Origin: Phoronis australis
Lineage: Eukaryota > Animalia > Phoronida
NCBI GenBank assembly: GCA_002633005.1
Contig: NMRA01000152.1
Coordinates: forward strand, 560,492-624,491
Length of the DNA stretch: 64,000 nucleotides
Reading direction: 5' to 3'
Position numbers and translations under genes: made by a program. The notes beneath the pieces are model-generated. The model worked only from the letters and a program-made list of their open reading frames with translations. It did not search any database and was not told the origin of the DNA. Shown here one piece after another: positions 39,677 through 53,110 of the stretch; the stretch's first letter is position 1, and every line of letters begins with the position of its first letter.

Positions 39677-41257
39677 CTACAAAATAAATGGAAACGACTG
39701 TCCAAGCTGATTCAAAATTCAAAACGAAGCTTTTATTTTAAATATTATAAGGAAACTTAATTAAATTACATTTAAAAGCGATTTTTCCTGATTTGTTTGA
39801 AAAAGTACGCGGAGAAAGCAACGAATTCAATATATCGGAGCGCATCCAAGTTTCCACTCCTCAGAGTTAAAGTGATAACCATGCTAACCGACAGTAACTA
39901 TTATTGTCTAACCTTTATGCATGCATTAAGGCCCGTGCATCTATGTGTGACATTACGCTTATATCCGAGTTGAGGCGCATGAGCCTACACTACTCAAAAA
40001 GCACGTGCAGTTTTGGATTCTTATTTCAGAGAAACTAACAAATGAACCCGATCCATGCAAGCATGTTTCCTGCAGGAAATCATTGAAAATTGTTGCATGT
40101 AATTTTAAAATGTTTAAAATGTCTTATCAAAAACGAGAGGCATGAAACGGTTGATTTGAGTAGCGATTCACAAGAAAAAAAGCTCCAATTTAATCTAATT
40201 ACGAAAATCATCAACGAGTCCAATTAACCCTCACAAAAGTGTCTCAAATTTTCCTTTGCGTGATAGCAATTTGATTTCTTCCATCAGAAGAATTGAACAA
40301 TAACCTGCCGTAGTCTTGAAACGGACCACTTTTGGACCAACCCTGTTGCAAGTAATAGCGAATGTCCCTTCAAGAGTCCTTGTCAAGACCACTCACTGTT
40401 ATTAATAGGCATTTATTGAGCGTTTCAGACCAAACTGCTAATCTTCGTACTCGTGTGATCCAATCAAAGGACATGTATCTGTCCTCCAATCATTATCTTT
40501 TTGAAAGAATGCACCACTGCTTGGTTAGAGTTTTTCTAAAACTACTTGTATTCACCGTAATACAAATTTCGTGCGATGTACAGTTGTATGCTAAATTAGC
40601 AGAAATTTCCTACAAAACACAACAATTTATGAATACGTTTTTCTCCTTTTCTTGAAATTATGATTAAAAACAGAGGATAGACGTACTTTTTAGCAGTGTA
40701 TTTGCGAAACACTTAATGAGTGAAACCAAAGACTGAGTTTTGAGTAAGACAGAATGTGCATGAGTGAAAGTTTTTTTTCTCTGTGACAAAACGATGAATG
40801 TTACTGACGTGTAATTAAACAAAATGAAACCTTTAAATAACACCCAGTTTAAGACATGTACACCTTCTTTGGACATTAAAAGTTGTTGACAAGGAAATTT
40901 CAATCGGCCACTCGTTCTGCTTGAGGTTGCTTAGACTACCTTCCATGTCAAACTCTATACGGGTTTTCTTTCTAGAATTTTGAAAATTTATCGCAGGCAG
41001 GAAAAATTGCGGAATTATTAGGTGTGTTCGCCCAAGTAAAAATACAGAAAAAAATCGATAAAATTTTCCGCAAAAATGTACAAGAAACGTTATGAAGAAG
41101 GGATCTTTTCCTGAATGCTTTCATGCCATGCAAGAATCAATTTTCCAGTAGACCCGGCAGTCCGGTCGAGATGATTTGTGAAACACAATTTTTGCGATGA
41201 ACGCGTTTATTAACACAAAATCTGCCCAATAAATTTCTGATACTAACAGGTCTTTAG

Positions 41258-44013
41258 TTACACGTGCACGTAATCAGCCACCATGTCGACCCTGTCGAAA
41301 CCCTTGCAGGGCCGCCTAGCGATGACGTATATCCAAGATCCACCTCGCTCTTGTTTTATACATTGTGCTGACTCCAGTTGACAAATATTGTCTGTAGGAC
41401 AAGTGGATTATTCATAATAACTTACAGCGCATGTTAACGTATCTTCAAAGTTTACTCAACTTTAAACGTCAATCTACACTTTTGATGAACTGAGGGAAGT
41501 CAAGTCTTGGATTTGAATATCACCTCCTTGAAGCGCTAGCGGTATGTAAAGATTTAAGACAATGACGAATTCGGAGTTGAGGTCACAATTCCAATTCCAG
41601 GCCATTTCTAACAAAAAACAAACTACTGTAAGGCAATGCTTAGATTTGAAAATGGAAGTAAACTGAAATACAGTGCTACTGTAAAGGACTGAACGCGTAT
41701 CTGAACGCAATTGCTAATAGTCAAAATAAAAAAAAAATTCTCAAGGATTTTATATTTAGACGCATGCGTTCAGTTCCCACTAATAAGCGCACACCTTCGC
41801 ATAACTTCTGCAGACTTCAAGTATTTTGCATATGAATATTTAATGTTAGAATGAAAACACTCAAACTCACCGTTTATTATTGGATAAGTCAAGATTTACT
41901 CATCTGCTTTCCTAAAAACATCGTTTGCTCAAATGTTTGGCGTAGAGGTGCATGTGCCTAAATCCGAATAAAGGCAATGCTTCACGTATAGGCGTATGAG
42001 CCTAAATGCGCGCATACACGGTATTGGTCTACTTAGAGACCGCCTACTTACGGTAAGTTCGCCCGTCACTGCCACAGATGGGATCGTAATCTTTGGGACA
42101 GTCTTTGTTACAGCATTCACCGTTGTAATCCAACAGTAACATCCTACGCTCAAGATCCGCTACACACATTGCCTTCCGTAACTGGCATTCATTTGCTTAT
42201 TCAACAGAAATAACAAAAGATGTCAGATACACCTTTGACATGTTCATTGCTTGGTGCAAAACATTTTCGAAAGCAATTCAACTTCTTTATGCATACTACC
42301 AGGAAGAGATAACCAGGTTATCTTAATGATAATACTAACTTAAATTTCTAAAATACAACTAAACCACGGCCAAAACTTCGCAATATCGAAAACTGCGTAA
42401 ATACAACACAAACGTCCTGCGTACAGAAACAATGCAGTTAAAGTTGTATTTTGCCCTCTTTAGCTGCCTGAAAATGAAAATCGAGTTAAAGTAAGGACTT
42501 TACTCTCACAAAATAATATTCTCACCATGAATGGTTCTATTTTCAGTACCAACAAGAACATCGAAATCATTACCAATTCAAGAATTTGTTTCACAGCCTT
42601 TTGGGATTGGTCAACCCTAGGCACGTGACCTGTCGTAAAATATACATTTACAGACCAACTCTAGAATAGCAGAATCGAAAATGACGCTTGTAGGCTACGC
42701 ATTGCCTGTAACTCGAATTGTCGGCTCATTCGGCAATAATTGAAGATCTGATTATCGTGCTGATGGCTTTAACCCCAATGATTTTCGGTTAAGAATTCAA
42801 CATTAACAAATTAACAGAGGCAAAAAGCAGCTTTAAAGAGACATATTTATTATAAACATTTACCACAGTGTACCTATTTCCTGTCTTCAGTGGTACATTT
42901 CTGTCAAAACAGAAAACATTTATGACGTCAAGAACTGCAACATTTGAGCTTCGCTGGTACCCGCATAAGGTGTAGATGACATGTATCTACCGAGGGTACC
43001 AGAGTACGTTTGAACTCTAGCTAGAGTTCTATGGTTTGAACATTATTCTTACTATAAGTTTTTCCGTCGGTTGCACATACAGGTTCGAACGTGACACTGC
43101 ACATAATTAATGAGCAGTCGTCTCTCGGATCGCAGGAGCCCATGTGAACAGGCTTTGTCAGTCTACCACGGCATAAGGCCTTCTGCAAAATGCAATAATT
43201 TTCTGAAATTAAAAAAGAGAATGGTCAAAATCTAGCCTCTTGACGAATAACCTATTTTAGCAGTCTAGAAAAGAGGCCACATTTCCCATTAATTAACTAA
43301 AGGAGAAATAACAGCGGCATGAAAAAGTGAATTTATAGACGGCATACCATCATTTCTTTGCCGTTGTGACCAGGTTATTAACGCTACACTGCAACTATTG
43401 CGTAGAGTAGTAAGAATGGGTTAGTAAACCCATAAATCGATTGTGATACTACCAACAAAATTAAACCGATTAAAAACATAATTTACATTATCAAGAATTG
43501 TGTAATCGATTCAGAATCTATTTTCGCCAATATGCAATTCTAACATATCACAGGTATTTGCAAAACGATTTAACCATCAAAAATCGGAAGGGCAAATAAA
43601 CATCCATTTATCTTTCTAATCGTCTCTAACTTACTGTATGTACGTCCGTCATCGCCACAAACTGGTTGAAAGACATCTGGACAAATGCTTTCACACAACA
43701 CCTTTCTGTGAAAAACGGGCAAACCTTGGCAGAAAAGGAATACTTGTTGACGAAGGAACGCGAGCCCTGAAACAGGCAGTGTCTATGTCAAAATGATATC
43801 AACATGTTGATATCATCATTGCAAGCTATATCAAGTTCAACAAAAATTTGCACGGCAGTCAACATCATGTCAACCAAACTATCAGGTGGTCGGAATCACT
43901 TAAAACATATTTCACACATGCAGTTAATGGTTGATTTTTGTCCTTTTCATAGATGTTAGATTTTATGATTTGAACTCACCTACTACCAAAATACAAAGTC
44001 TGAATGATCCCAT
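41258..44013 (-). CDS. Secreted three-domain Kazal-type serine protease inhibitor (~197 aa)
   Basis: Exons 43980-44013, 43635-43766, 43053-43202, 42052-42195, 41258-41391 (594 nt). Signal-peptide-like start MGSFRLCILVVGLAFL.., then CESICPDVFQPVCGDDGRTY.NYC, CSLIMCSVTFEPVCATDGKTY.NEC and CNKDCPKDYDPICGSDGRTY.NIC. AATAAA at 41211-41206. Confidence 0.9.
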
Positions 44014-44923
44014 ATTAGAATGTGAAAACAAGAAGATGAAATTGGGAGTCTTTTGTTGCCAAAGTGTTGGGAACTAGCACGAAGAGATAACATCATAGAA
44101 TCTTGGAATATAGATCATGACGTCACGCGTTTGTAATGCAAAATAGGTTGCGGGATAACTGAATTTGTAATTAAAGGAATATGAACTAATATTATTAAGG
44201 CCTTTAAAAATGTACAAATTTGGCTAACTCCGGAACACCATATCTCAGTCAGAACTTCTAATTGTATGGAACTTTGAAACACTATGTTTTATGCACTATT
44301 CTCCAAAACGCTTTTAAGAACATCATATTTCATGGATAGTTTACTGCTCTCAGTTGTTTTCGATTGCTTATCTTATGTCAAAATGCGTGTACTTTAGGCA
44401 GGGATTGCCGAGGAACAATTCGAAGAGCAAGTTGAGCAACATATAATGTAGGAAAGAAAAATACATTTAAAGCTGAGAAAGCGTCTACGAAGGACTTTGG
44501 TTGGCCTTCTTGTTGGGATGTAAAAATTTAGCATGAAAGAATATACAGTACAGCTCGTGGCGCGAAATATTCGCAGACCTTAATGTTTAGATGTTTGTTT
44601 ACGTATGTGTGTGCGCGCACGCGTGTGCTTGTGGCCGTGCGTGTGTGTGCGTGTGTATCTCTCGTTGATTTCAGTGAGGTTTTAACAAGGCTTGCCTTTG
44701 CCCAAAGGAGCAGTCATTTAGATTTGAGACTTCCATTTTCTTCTTGAGTTCCGTCTATGGCCTAGTCTAGAATGCTTAGGTCTAATTATATCCCAGTGTG
44801 TATTCGAAACTTTCTATAGTCAACGGTTGAAGGTTGAATAGATTATGAAATGTTTATATCCCTATATGCAAATTTGTTTGTTATAATAACAAGAATGTAT
44901 GCAGAAAAATAGTCCCGAGCCTA

Positions 44924-45108
44924 GGGCCAGTTGCATAAAACAGGATTTTTTCTTTTGAAGTCTTATTTCAAGAACTTCTATTTTAGTGTATTAGCTCACG
45001 AAGTTGTAAGCTTTAAAAAAACTACAGGCAATTGGCCAAGGTCGCAGAAAACGGGATTAAGAGAGATAATTCGACCCAGTCTTGATCCTGTTTTAAGCAA
45101 CCGAGCCC
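44924..45108. mobile_element. MITE (Harbinger-like termini)
   Basis: gggccagttgcataaaacaggat versus atcctgttttaagcaaccgagccc. Confidence 0.6.
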
Positions 45109-45980
45109 AGAACCTCTTACGTTGCTACCGAAGTCATGCATGTATACAGACGTATTTACCTTGACTCACCTTTTTAACGTGAAATTACGACTTCATCTTA
45201 CTATGCTTTAATCACATGTCTGTTTAATTTTCTAGAAAAAATGAAATAAAATCCGACATAAAAGCCCCGAGTGTCACCGAATTCTTTGAAAAAATTGATA
45301 AGCCAGCGTGTCCAGGATGCTTGGATGATACACCGTTTTAGTTTCGTGCAAAATAGTTTCCTATGAAGGAGAGCGAAATCCCACCTGCCCCTCTTTGCGG
45401 CCGGGCGCGGCGCATTGAATAATAATTCGCGCCTATTCAAACACACAAACAAAAATGATCAAATAACTTTCATCTGCAAAGAGTTCTGAAAATTTGGTAA
45501 ACGTAATTGAACTACAGCAGACTGTCACGATCTCTCTTTTTGTCGTGCTTTTTTGACGGAAGCGAAACAACTACCAGGCGGAAGGGCACGGGTGATGACC
45601 CGTTCTCGCCTATCGACCACAGTAGAAACCAGGTGGCGCTGTATGCCAGGTGCGACAGATTTTCAACAGGGCGTGACGCATCTCGGAATATTTAATCTAT
45701 GAGGCGCGCTTAGCAGCTTTTTAAAAGGTGGATCTATAATTTGTAGGCTTTCTGGGCGTACTGGCTTCATAACTCCAGTCGAAGAAAACTTTTAAAATGC
45801 GCCAGAAAAAGGCAAATATGAGTCAATGCTGTTTTTTGCTGTATTTCATGAATATTATATAGTCATCGGTCGATAGTTCTGATTTCTTAAGTTCCACAAG
45901 TACATTACGTAATGGAGCTCAGTCTGGACCAGAAATCGCCGTAAGCGTTATATCCGCATAAAAGTGAAGTAAAGTACATT

Positions 45981-46400
45981 AAAAGATGGGTAAATACTGG
46001 TCTAGTCAATGGTCTGCTTAATCGGTCCTTTAAAATATGTAGCAAAGAACTCTATAAAGACACACACCGGTGCTGTTCTTAACCATTCATTTACTACTGA
46101 CCACCCTACAGATTAATCTGGTGTTCAAGAATAATGCCACCCTCAGGCTCCTCATAAAGGAGGCTATGCATAATTATACAGTTGAACCATATATTGAACG
46201 ATATCTGAACGGGTTCATTTGATCTCCAACTGTTTTGATTTCTGATTTCTCCCCTCACATGCACCTGTGTACCTGTACAGTCTGTTCTCCACCTGTGTCA
46301 CCAGACTGTAATATTGTGAACATTTTTCTTTTGTCTTGAGAATGGTTTAGAGACAACAAACCGAAACGTCGATCAACATGTCGTTGTTTACACATGCGCT
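45981..46400 (+). mobile_element. Internally deleted Penelope-like retroelement relic
   Basis: Reads KRWVNTGLVNGLLNRSFKICSK (post-RT motif), then GAVLNHSFTTDHPTD* and RLLIKEAMH/IIQLNHILN (C-terminal part of a GIY-YIG endonuclease), followed by a hammerhead motif. Confidence 0.7.
46331..46376 (+). ncRNA. Minimal hammerhead ribozyme motif, U3-A8 variant
   Basis: GUC-UUGAGAA-U-GGUUU-(AGAGACAAC)-AAACC-GAAA-CG-UC^GAU. Palindromic ACGU helix III, weak helix I. Confidence 0.6.
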
Positions 46401-49400
46401 TCTTTTAAAGTTCGTTCTCGCATTTTGGCCAAAAACAAATGTGATCAGTCTTTAGCTAGGAGTCTAAGACGTACAGGTATTTTCACACTCTACTTCAATT
46501 TTCATAGTTTAATAGAAATGACATTTAATTGATTTATTACTTACGGAGTCCCAATTTTGTACGTCACGGTCAATTAATCTATAAAGAAAGTCTGAAAGGA
46601 ACAATTCTACGTCACCCGGTCCGTATAACCATACCTCTTCAAACCTGAAGGTGTACAGTAGCATTTTCACAGAATATCATGCATGCTAGTTGTGCCTGCC
46701 GGCGTCCTAACATTGTTGCCCTGCGCAAGATAGTGTAACACTGAATTGGATATCTATGAGACTTCTTCTGAAGCAGCCTTGACCAGTAATCAACGGGTTT
46801 AAACATCTACTTTAAGTATACAACATATAATTACCACACTCGCCCCTAACCATGACGTTTGGCGTCTTTTTGTTTAGTCACAAGGCATACGTGTAGAGAT
46901 CGTTTTGAACACTTTCTATAAAGTTGACTATTGAGACACCCCAAATCTCTCCACCATAACTTAAAATCGGTAGAATCATCATACTATCAAACAGCTTTAA
47001 AAGGGCTGATGGTGAACTGCAATGTAATTTAGACAAACGATCCTTTGTCAATGTTACTGCATTTCGAGCCTGTAGTACAAGAACTTTGCAGGGTTGACTC
47101 CTATTGAGACGCCAGCGTGTAACACCTAGGTATTAAGGCGGTTTGTGTTCAGTTAATTTATCGCCTACAAGTACCAGTTTTCGCGTGAACAGACGGCACC
47201 ACCATGTTTATAAGCGATGGCACTAGTTGTTTCTAAAAACATTGCAAAATGCCAGTTTCATTTACAGAATTCTCCAAGCACGTTTAGTTTTCGTTGCATC
47301 TCAATTAAAATTTCACAGTAAACAACATTACGGGGTTAACTTTTTAGAAACTAGACTAACACTGTTTCCAGTCAACATGACATCATCGGCAAAAATAGAC
47401 AGTTAAAAACACAATGAGTATTAACGTAGATTCCTCTGCTACAACGCTCTCTTAAATCAGAGACTAGACCACTCACAAACATTGAAAATAACCAAGGGCT
47501 TATAATGCCATAACGAAAGTCTAATCATCTAATTTCTTGCCGTCTATCCGCCCTTAAATTTCTATCATCAAAAATCTTTTTTGCACTCTTACGCCGAGAC
47601 AAAATGTCGAGTCGGACGTCTTTTGGCATGAGCATCGATTATTATCATCATTATTTTGATACCCTGGACGTAAATGGTGACTATGACAGGATGATTAAAC
47701 GTTGTCGTGGAGGATTTTCTGATCAGAGTCGACTACAATAGATAACTCCAAAGTACATGAACGTTGCGTAATTGGTGCACTGGTCGGTTTAAATTACGCA
47801 GATTAGCAATGAAAATCAAGTTAAACAAACATATTTCGGACGGTTCCGTAATGAGATTAACACAGTGTAATCAAATTTGTTTGTATTCTATAACTATATA
47901 GTATGCAATATGCAGCTTCATGCTTCACAAACATCCATTGTATATTTGCTTTGACAACGCAGACAGTTTCACTTTGGTAACGTGTGACGAACTGACATCA
48001 GGACTTGCGTACTTGACCACGAAACTCCGTACATTGCAGTTTGAAGAAATTTCCGGCGTATGCTGTTATGTATCCTGTTGCGTGTATATCTAGGACATGT
48101 TAAACTCTTTGTTAGTATCCACACAGCGAACCAGAGAAATGTGTCGCCTTTGTACACTGCAAATTTATAGTCAACACATAAACATGAATGTGAACGTTTT
48201 TATTGGGTTTAGTTTATTCCAATCTGAATTTTATGGCCGTGCCCTGTAGGAGCGAGCAATTTTCAGCTATTTTAACCTGCATTAAAACACAGGTTCAATA
48301 CTCCATCAACGGTGTTTAATATACCATTTCTTTGTTCACTTTTAAATTTAAATGTAATTTTCTAATCGTAAACGAAATGTTCACACAACCGGATTACAAT
48401 TGCCGTTTACATCTCTCACTATTGACACTAACTGATAGCGACAAATTTAGGAGGATTAAAAATCACTTCAGTTTTTGTAGACGCCAGCCACCTGCTGAGA
48501 CTGGGAGAGTTAGGGAACCTAAGTGATGACAGGAAGGAAAAACGACTTTCTTGACCAGGTCAATATTTTTAATGATGTGATATTTTAGGATATCACCTTC
48601 CTTCATAGCCAGTCGACCAATTTCCCAGACTGGCTGTATAAATATACACTTGTCCACGTAAATGATAAAAGTCCAAAAACAAGAGCTGGGGTCTCGCTTG
48701 CCTGTGAATAGAGCTAAAAAATCTGTGACAAGGAACCAATAGGCGTAATCACGTGATTTACGTTTACAAACGAAGAAGCAGGCTGTGAATGGAGAATTTT
48801 GTTCGTGTCTGGAAGAAAGATTTTACAGAATAAGAAACAGTCGGATATAGAGTTCACAGACAGGTAATTGCAACATGCAATAGTCCCATATCTCAAAGGT
48901 GTATTTGGATGAATGCCACTTAAAGAGAAAGAACTCTGTGCCTAGCTATACAAATTTAGGATGTTGACTCCAGCCAAGTTAAAACCATTCAAGAGGCCCC
49001 CTTTGATATTGAACTGATAACGGATTCATTCCTTTTTGCTTAACGGATAAAAGAGTAGTTCGACCACGTAATTTTTAGTGTCGCCAATTCCCCCTAAATT
49101 GTCATTATTATAATGACAGAACACTTGTTATGAACTAGAGAGTTATCATGGGTTCTGGTTACTACACCTGACCATTGACAGCTGTCAGTAAAAATGAGGT
49201 TTTACTTATTTGCTTGACGAAATACTGTTCAATTCGAATTGGACTGATTTAAGTGGCGATGCCCAGTTTTTCATTTCGTCTCAAGTGCTCACAAGAATGA
49301 CCACGGTCTGTTTGCAAAAATGTAGCCATTTTTATAAATGATTAAAGTAACTTTCTTCGGCAAATAAAAGGAAATGTTTCTATGATGGTATTTCAACAAA

Positions 49401-49819
49401 TTAAAGTTCATGAAAGAATTGGTGGACGATGAAAAGATATCGTGCTCAATGGACAGAGCTAGGGTTACGTTTGACAAATACTCAGTTAGATTGTAGAGAT
49501 GTTAACGCGTGATGCACTTCAATAGTACGTGTATAACCCACAACTCGTGTTGATGACCAGTGATGATAAGATTCGCTATCGAAATCCATCCGTATTGGGT
49601 TGCATGATTGTGACGTCTTAGCTCAATGGGTGGTACATCCAAAAGAAAGTGACGCGGTTCGTAAAAAATGTAATAGACGTTTTACATCTTGTTTAACGAA
49701 AAAAATTATTTTCTTCAAAGAACGTCTTTTTAATTGTAAGCGACATTAATACATGTAGTCTCACGTAAGATAGTTAATATAATATAATATCTTAATATAT
49801 AGTTTACACTGCCTCTTCA

Positions 49820-49980
49820 TAGGCGGATCCGGGAGAGGGTCAAGGGGCCCGGATTACCCCTCTTTTCCCTTGATTTCAGTGATATCAAATCTAGAAATTT
49901 CAAAATGTTGACTTGGACCACCCTTTTCAAAAAATCCTTGATCCGACTCCCCTCTTAAATAAATCTTGGATCCACCCCTG
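49820..49980. mobile_element. Short MITE-like repeat
   Basis: aggcggatccgggag ... cttggatccacccctg inverted termini. Confidence 0.5.
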
Positions 49981-50557
49981 CTCTTAATCTGACAGTATTT
50001 GTGACACCCTAGTTTCACAACAAGTGTGTTATCATACAAACTTCATTATACCTACAACGAAAGTGAAGAGATCATATGAACTGAAATATACAAAGAGAAC
50101 ACGAACCATAGAATATTAAATGAACTCAACCAAGCAAAAATTAGATATAATGGAGGCCAGGTGTTCAAATTAAATGTATGTGTAGAAATTCATATAGTTA
50201 TACATAAGATACGTCAAGTTCTTGATGTAAGGTGATATCATGACTAAGAACCGGTGCCTAACATACGCACTACGAATTAACTAATAATTGTGTAGTTGTA
50301 CAGGTAGAACATATTAATATGACATTCAAGGAGAACGCAAATTATGTCACAGAACTCCACTTCGTTTGCCTTCATATTTTAACCAACTAATGTATGGTTC
50401 GCACTGGATGATTAAACGTTATTTAATCATTGTGTTTTAGAACATTTCAAAATACCGAACCAGCTCGCCAAAATTAAGCAAAAGGTGACAAACAGACATC
50501 ACTCTCCAGAACTCAGCGCCATCTTAGATATTGTGTCAGTTTGGTGCAACGAAAACG

Positions 50558-51208
50558 TGTGGTTCTCTCACTGTGTGGTTCTCACACTGTGTGGTTCTCA
50601 CACTGTGTAGTTCTCTCCATGTGTATTCTAACTTGACACTCTGACACTCAATGCATGGTCATTTCTTTTTATCTGAAATAAGTAAAACAATGAAAGCACA
50701 TGTCAGTCACTACAAGTCGCTCTGTATCTGAAGTGTGTAGAGATAGTGCATGTTTAACTAATTTCCCAAACTTGCGTGGTGGAATTGTTAGGCCCCTCGT
50801 GAAAAATATCGAATAACTACAGATTTTTGTGAATTAATTCTGATTGCACATAAANTGTGGTTCTCACACTGTGTGGTTCTCACACTGTGTGGTTCTCACA
50901 CTGTGTGGTTCTCACACTGTGTGGTTCTCACACTGTGTGGTTCTCACACTGTGTGGTTCTCACACTGTGTGGTTCTCTCCATGTGTATTCTAACTTGACA
51001 CTCAATGCATGGTCATTTCTTTTTATGTGAAATAAGTAAAACAATGAAAGCACATGTCAGTCACTACAAGTCGCTCTGTATCTGAAGTGTGTAGAGATAG
51101 TGCATGTTTAACTAATTTCCCAAACTTGCGTGGTGGAATTGTTAGGCCCCTCGTGAAAAATATCGAATAACTACAGATTTTTGTGAATTAATTCTGATTG
51201 CACATAAA
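50558..51208. repeat. 16-bp minisatellite (tgtggttctcacactg) plus ~230-bp flank, duplicated across a single n
   Basis: About 4 units at 50558-50618 and about 8 at 50856-50980. Downstream flanks 50619-50854 and 50981-51208 are near-identical; n at 50855. Confidence 0.9.
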
Positions 51209-51300
51209 TCGTAGCGATTTAATCAGAGCTTCTACTGTGGCATTGTCAAAATAATGACAATGGTAACTGACCACAAGTTTTAAGTAGTATTGCATAAATT

Positions 51301-51935
51301 AGATAGCTTTTCGCAAAGCGACGTGAACGTTAATTATCACGCATACTTAATTGCGCGTGCCGATTCACGTTACAGTAACAGCTAAATTTTTACGAGAACG
51401 TGAAAGTAAACGTGAACTGAATAACTGAGCTCAGGGTCTCCAGTTATCGTAGTACATACCTGTTACAGATATGCAAGATAAAAATATAAGTTGAATATGA
51501 AAAAAGTCGTTTCTACGAACTCTTGCGAGATTGAAGTTTAAAATAAATAGATGCATGTAAAGTAAGCAAATAAAAAAAAATTCAATCTGTTAAAAATCAA
51601 TTCTAGTTCGATGATATCCAGCGAATCCCGGTAGAATAAGGCTTTTTTGCAACTAAACTTTAAGAACATTTTATAGACAAAAGATCGTGTTCATTTTATA
51701 CTGATGCAAAGAAAAAAGATTGAAAAACCTGACAAAATAAAAAATCTTTTAGATGTTTTCTAAATAAGAATCAAAAAGGGGCCACAGGTTTCTCGTTTAA
51801 AGCGACGAGAATCTCCCTGTATTCACGTGAAATACTCAGACACTATCCGGATTACGTCACAGCCAACAATGACGTGTGCCAAGGTAATATAAATGCGTGA
51901 TGATTCAGGTTTACGTCGCTATGCCAAAGCTCTCT
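51301..51935. mobile_element. Non-autonomous PIF/Harbinger element, copy A
   Basis: TIRs agatagcttttcgcaaagcgacg / cgtcgctatgccaaagctctct, with 3-bp TSD ATT on both sides. Confidence 0.8.
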
Positions 51936-52102
51936 ATTAACACAAACTGCAGTCACAGCATTGTATGGCCAGTGGCATTTGAATAGTATAGTTGACTGCC
52001 TTTGCATTCTTGTGACTGGATTCAGTTTCTCGTCAGGTTTAAGAGCCGCCTGCCATAATGCGGGTTACGTTTTAGGGTGTAGATAGGGCTTTTGTTCAAA
52101 AT

Positions 52103-53110
52103 AGAGAGGTTTCGCAACGCAACGTAAACGTAAATTATCACGCATATATAATTGACCGTGCCGATTCACGTTACGGTAAGAAAAATGGGTTTCGCAGCAG
52201 CTAAATTTCAAGTGAACGTGAAAGTAAACGTGAACTGAATAACTGCGGAGCTCCGTTAGCTTCGTACATATCCGCTAGATAACAAACTACTTACAAATCA
52301 CTCTACAAATGCAAACTCTTTTATTTTCATTCTCATAACGTCTAACACAAATCAGTCAATTTAATTTAGTCAATTTTTAAAGTTAATTTTGGGATGAGAT
52401 TTAACATGTTGTACTCCACAGCTAGCCCCCCCCCTTTCTTTCATCTCCATTTCAAGCCTCTTTTCCCTTTTTTCTTCTCCATTTCAATCTTTTCCCGTTC
52501 CAGTGTTATCTCTTGCTCTCGTATTTTCAGCTCCGCATCATGTTTTTCTTTGAAAAAGTTGATGGACAATCGGCACATGTACGATTTACAGAATCTTGAA
52601 TGAAAATGTTGTGTTCAGTTGTATTGTATTTTACTGTATTCCATTCTGCTACAGGTATGCAAGATGGCAATTTATGGTGAATGTGAAAAAACCGTTTCTA
52701 CAAACTCCTGTGGTTATTTGCAGTTTTAAATAAATAGATACACGTAAATTAAGCGTGTAAAAATAACACAAAATCATACCTGTTAAAAATCCATTCTAGT
52801 TTGATGTTATCCAGCGAACCCCGGCAGAATAAGGATTTTGGAAAAGGGTTTCCTTCTGCTAGACTTTAAGAACATTTATAGACAAAAGAATCGTGTTCAT
52901 TTAATACTGAAGCAAAAAAAAAAGAAATAATGAAAACCCTATCAAATCAAAATCGAATCGATATCTTGCCAAATAAGAATTAAAAAGGGCCATAGGTTTC
53001 TCGTTTAAAGTGACACTATCGGGATTACGTCACAGCCAACAATGGCATGTATGACGCGGAATTATATATGCGTGATAATTCACGTTCTCGTCGCTTTGCG
53101 AAACCTCTCT
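52103..53110. mobile_element. Non-autonomous PIF/Harbinger element, copy B (longer)
   Basis: TIRs agagaggtttcgcaacgcaacg / cgtcgctttgcgaaacctctct, with TSD AAT on both sides. Colinear with copy A plus about 370 bp of extra internal sequence. Confidence 0.82.

Noticed and set aside
40300-40400. Possible first exon of a second Kazal gene
   Set aside because: There is no ATG plus signal peptide, and the gaccact motifs look like a repeat fragment.
42874-42900. 27-nt AG..GT bounded mini-exon in the Kazal gene
   Set aside because: It has an in-frame TGA in the required phase and is not needed to complete the domains.
50558-51208. Tandem duplication as a biological event
   Set aside because: It is joined by a single n at a variable minisatellite, so it is most likely two alleles assembled side by side.
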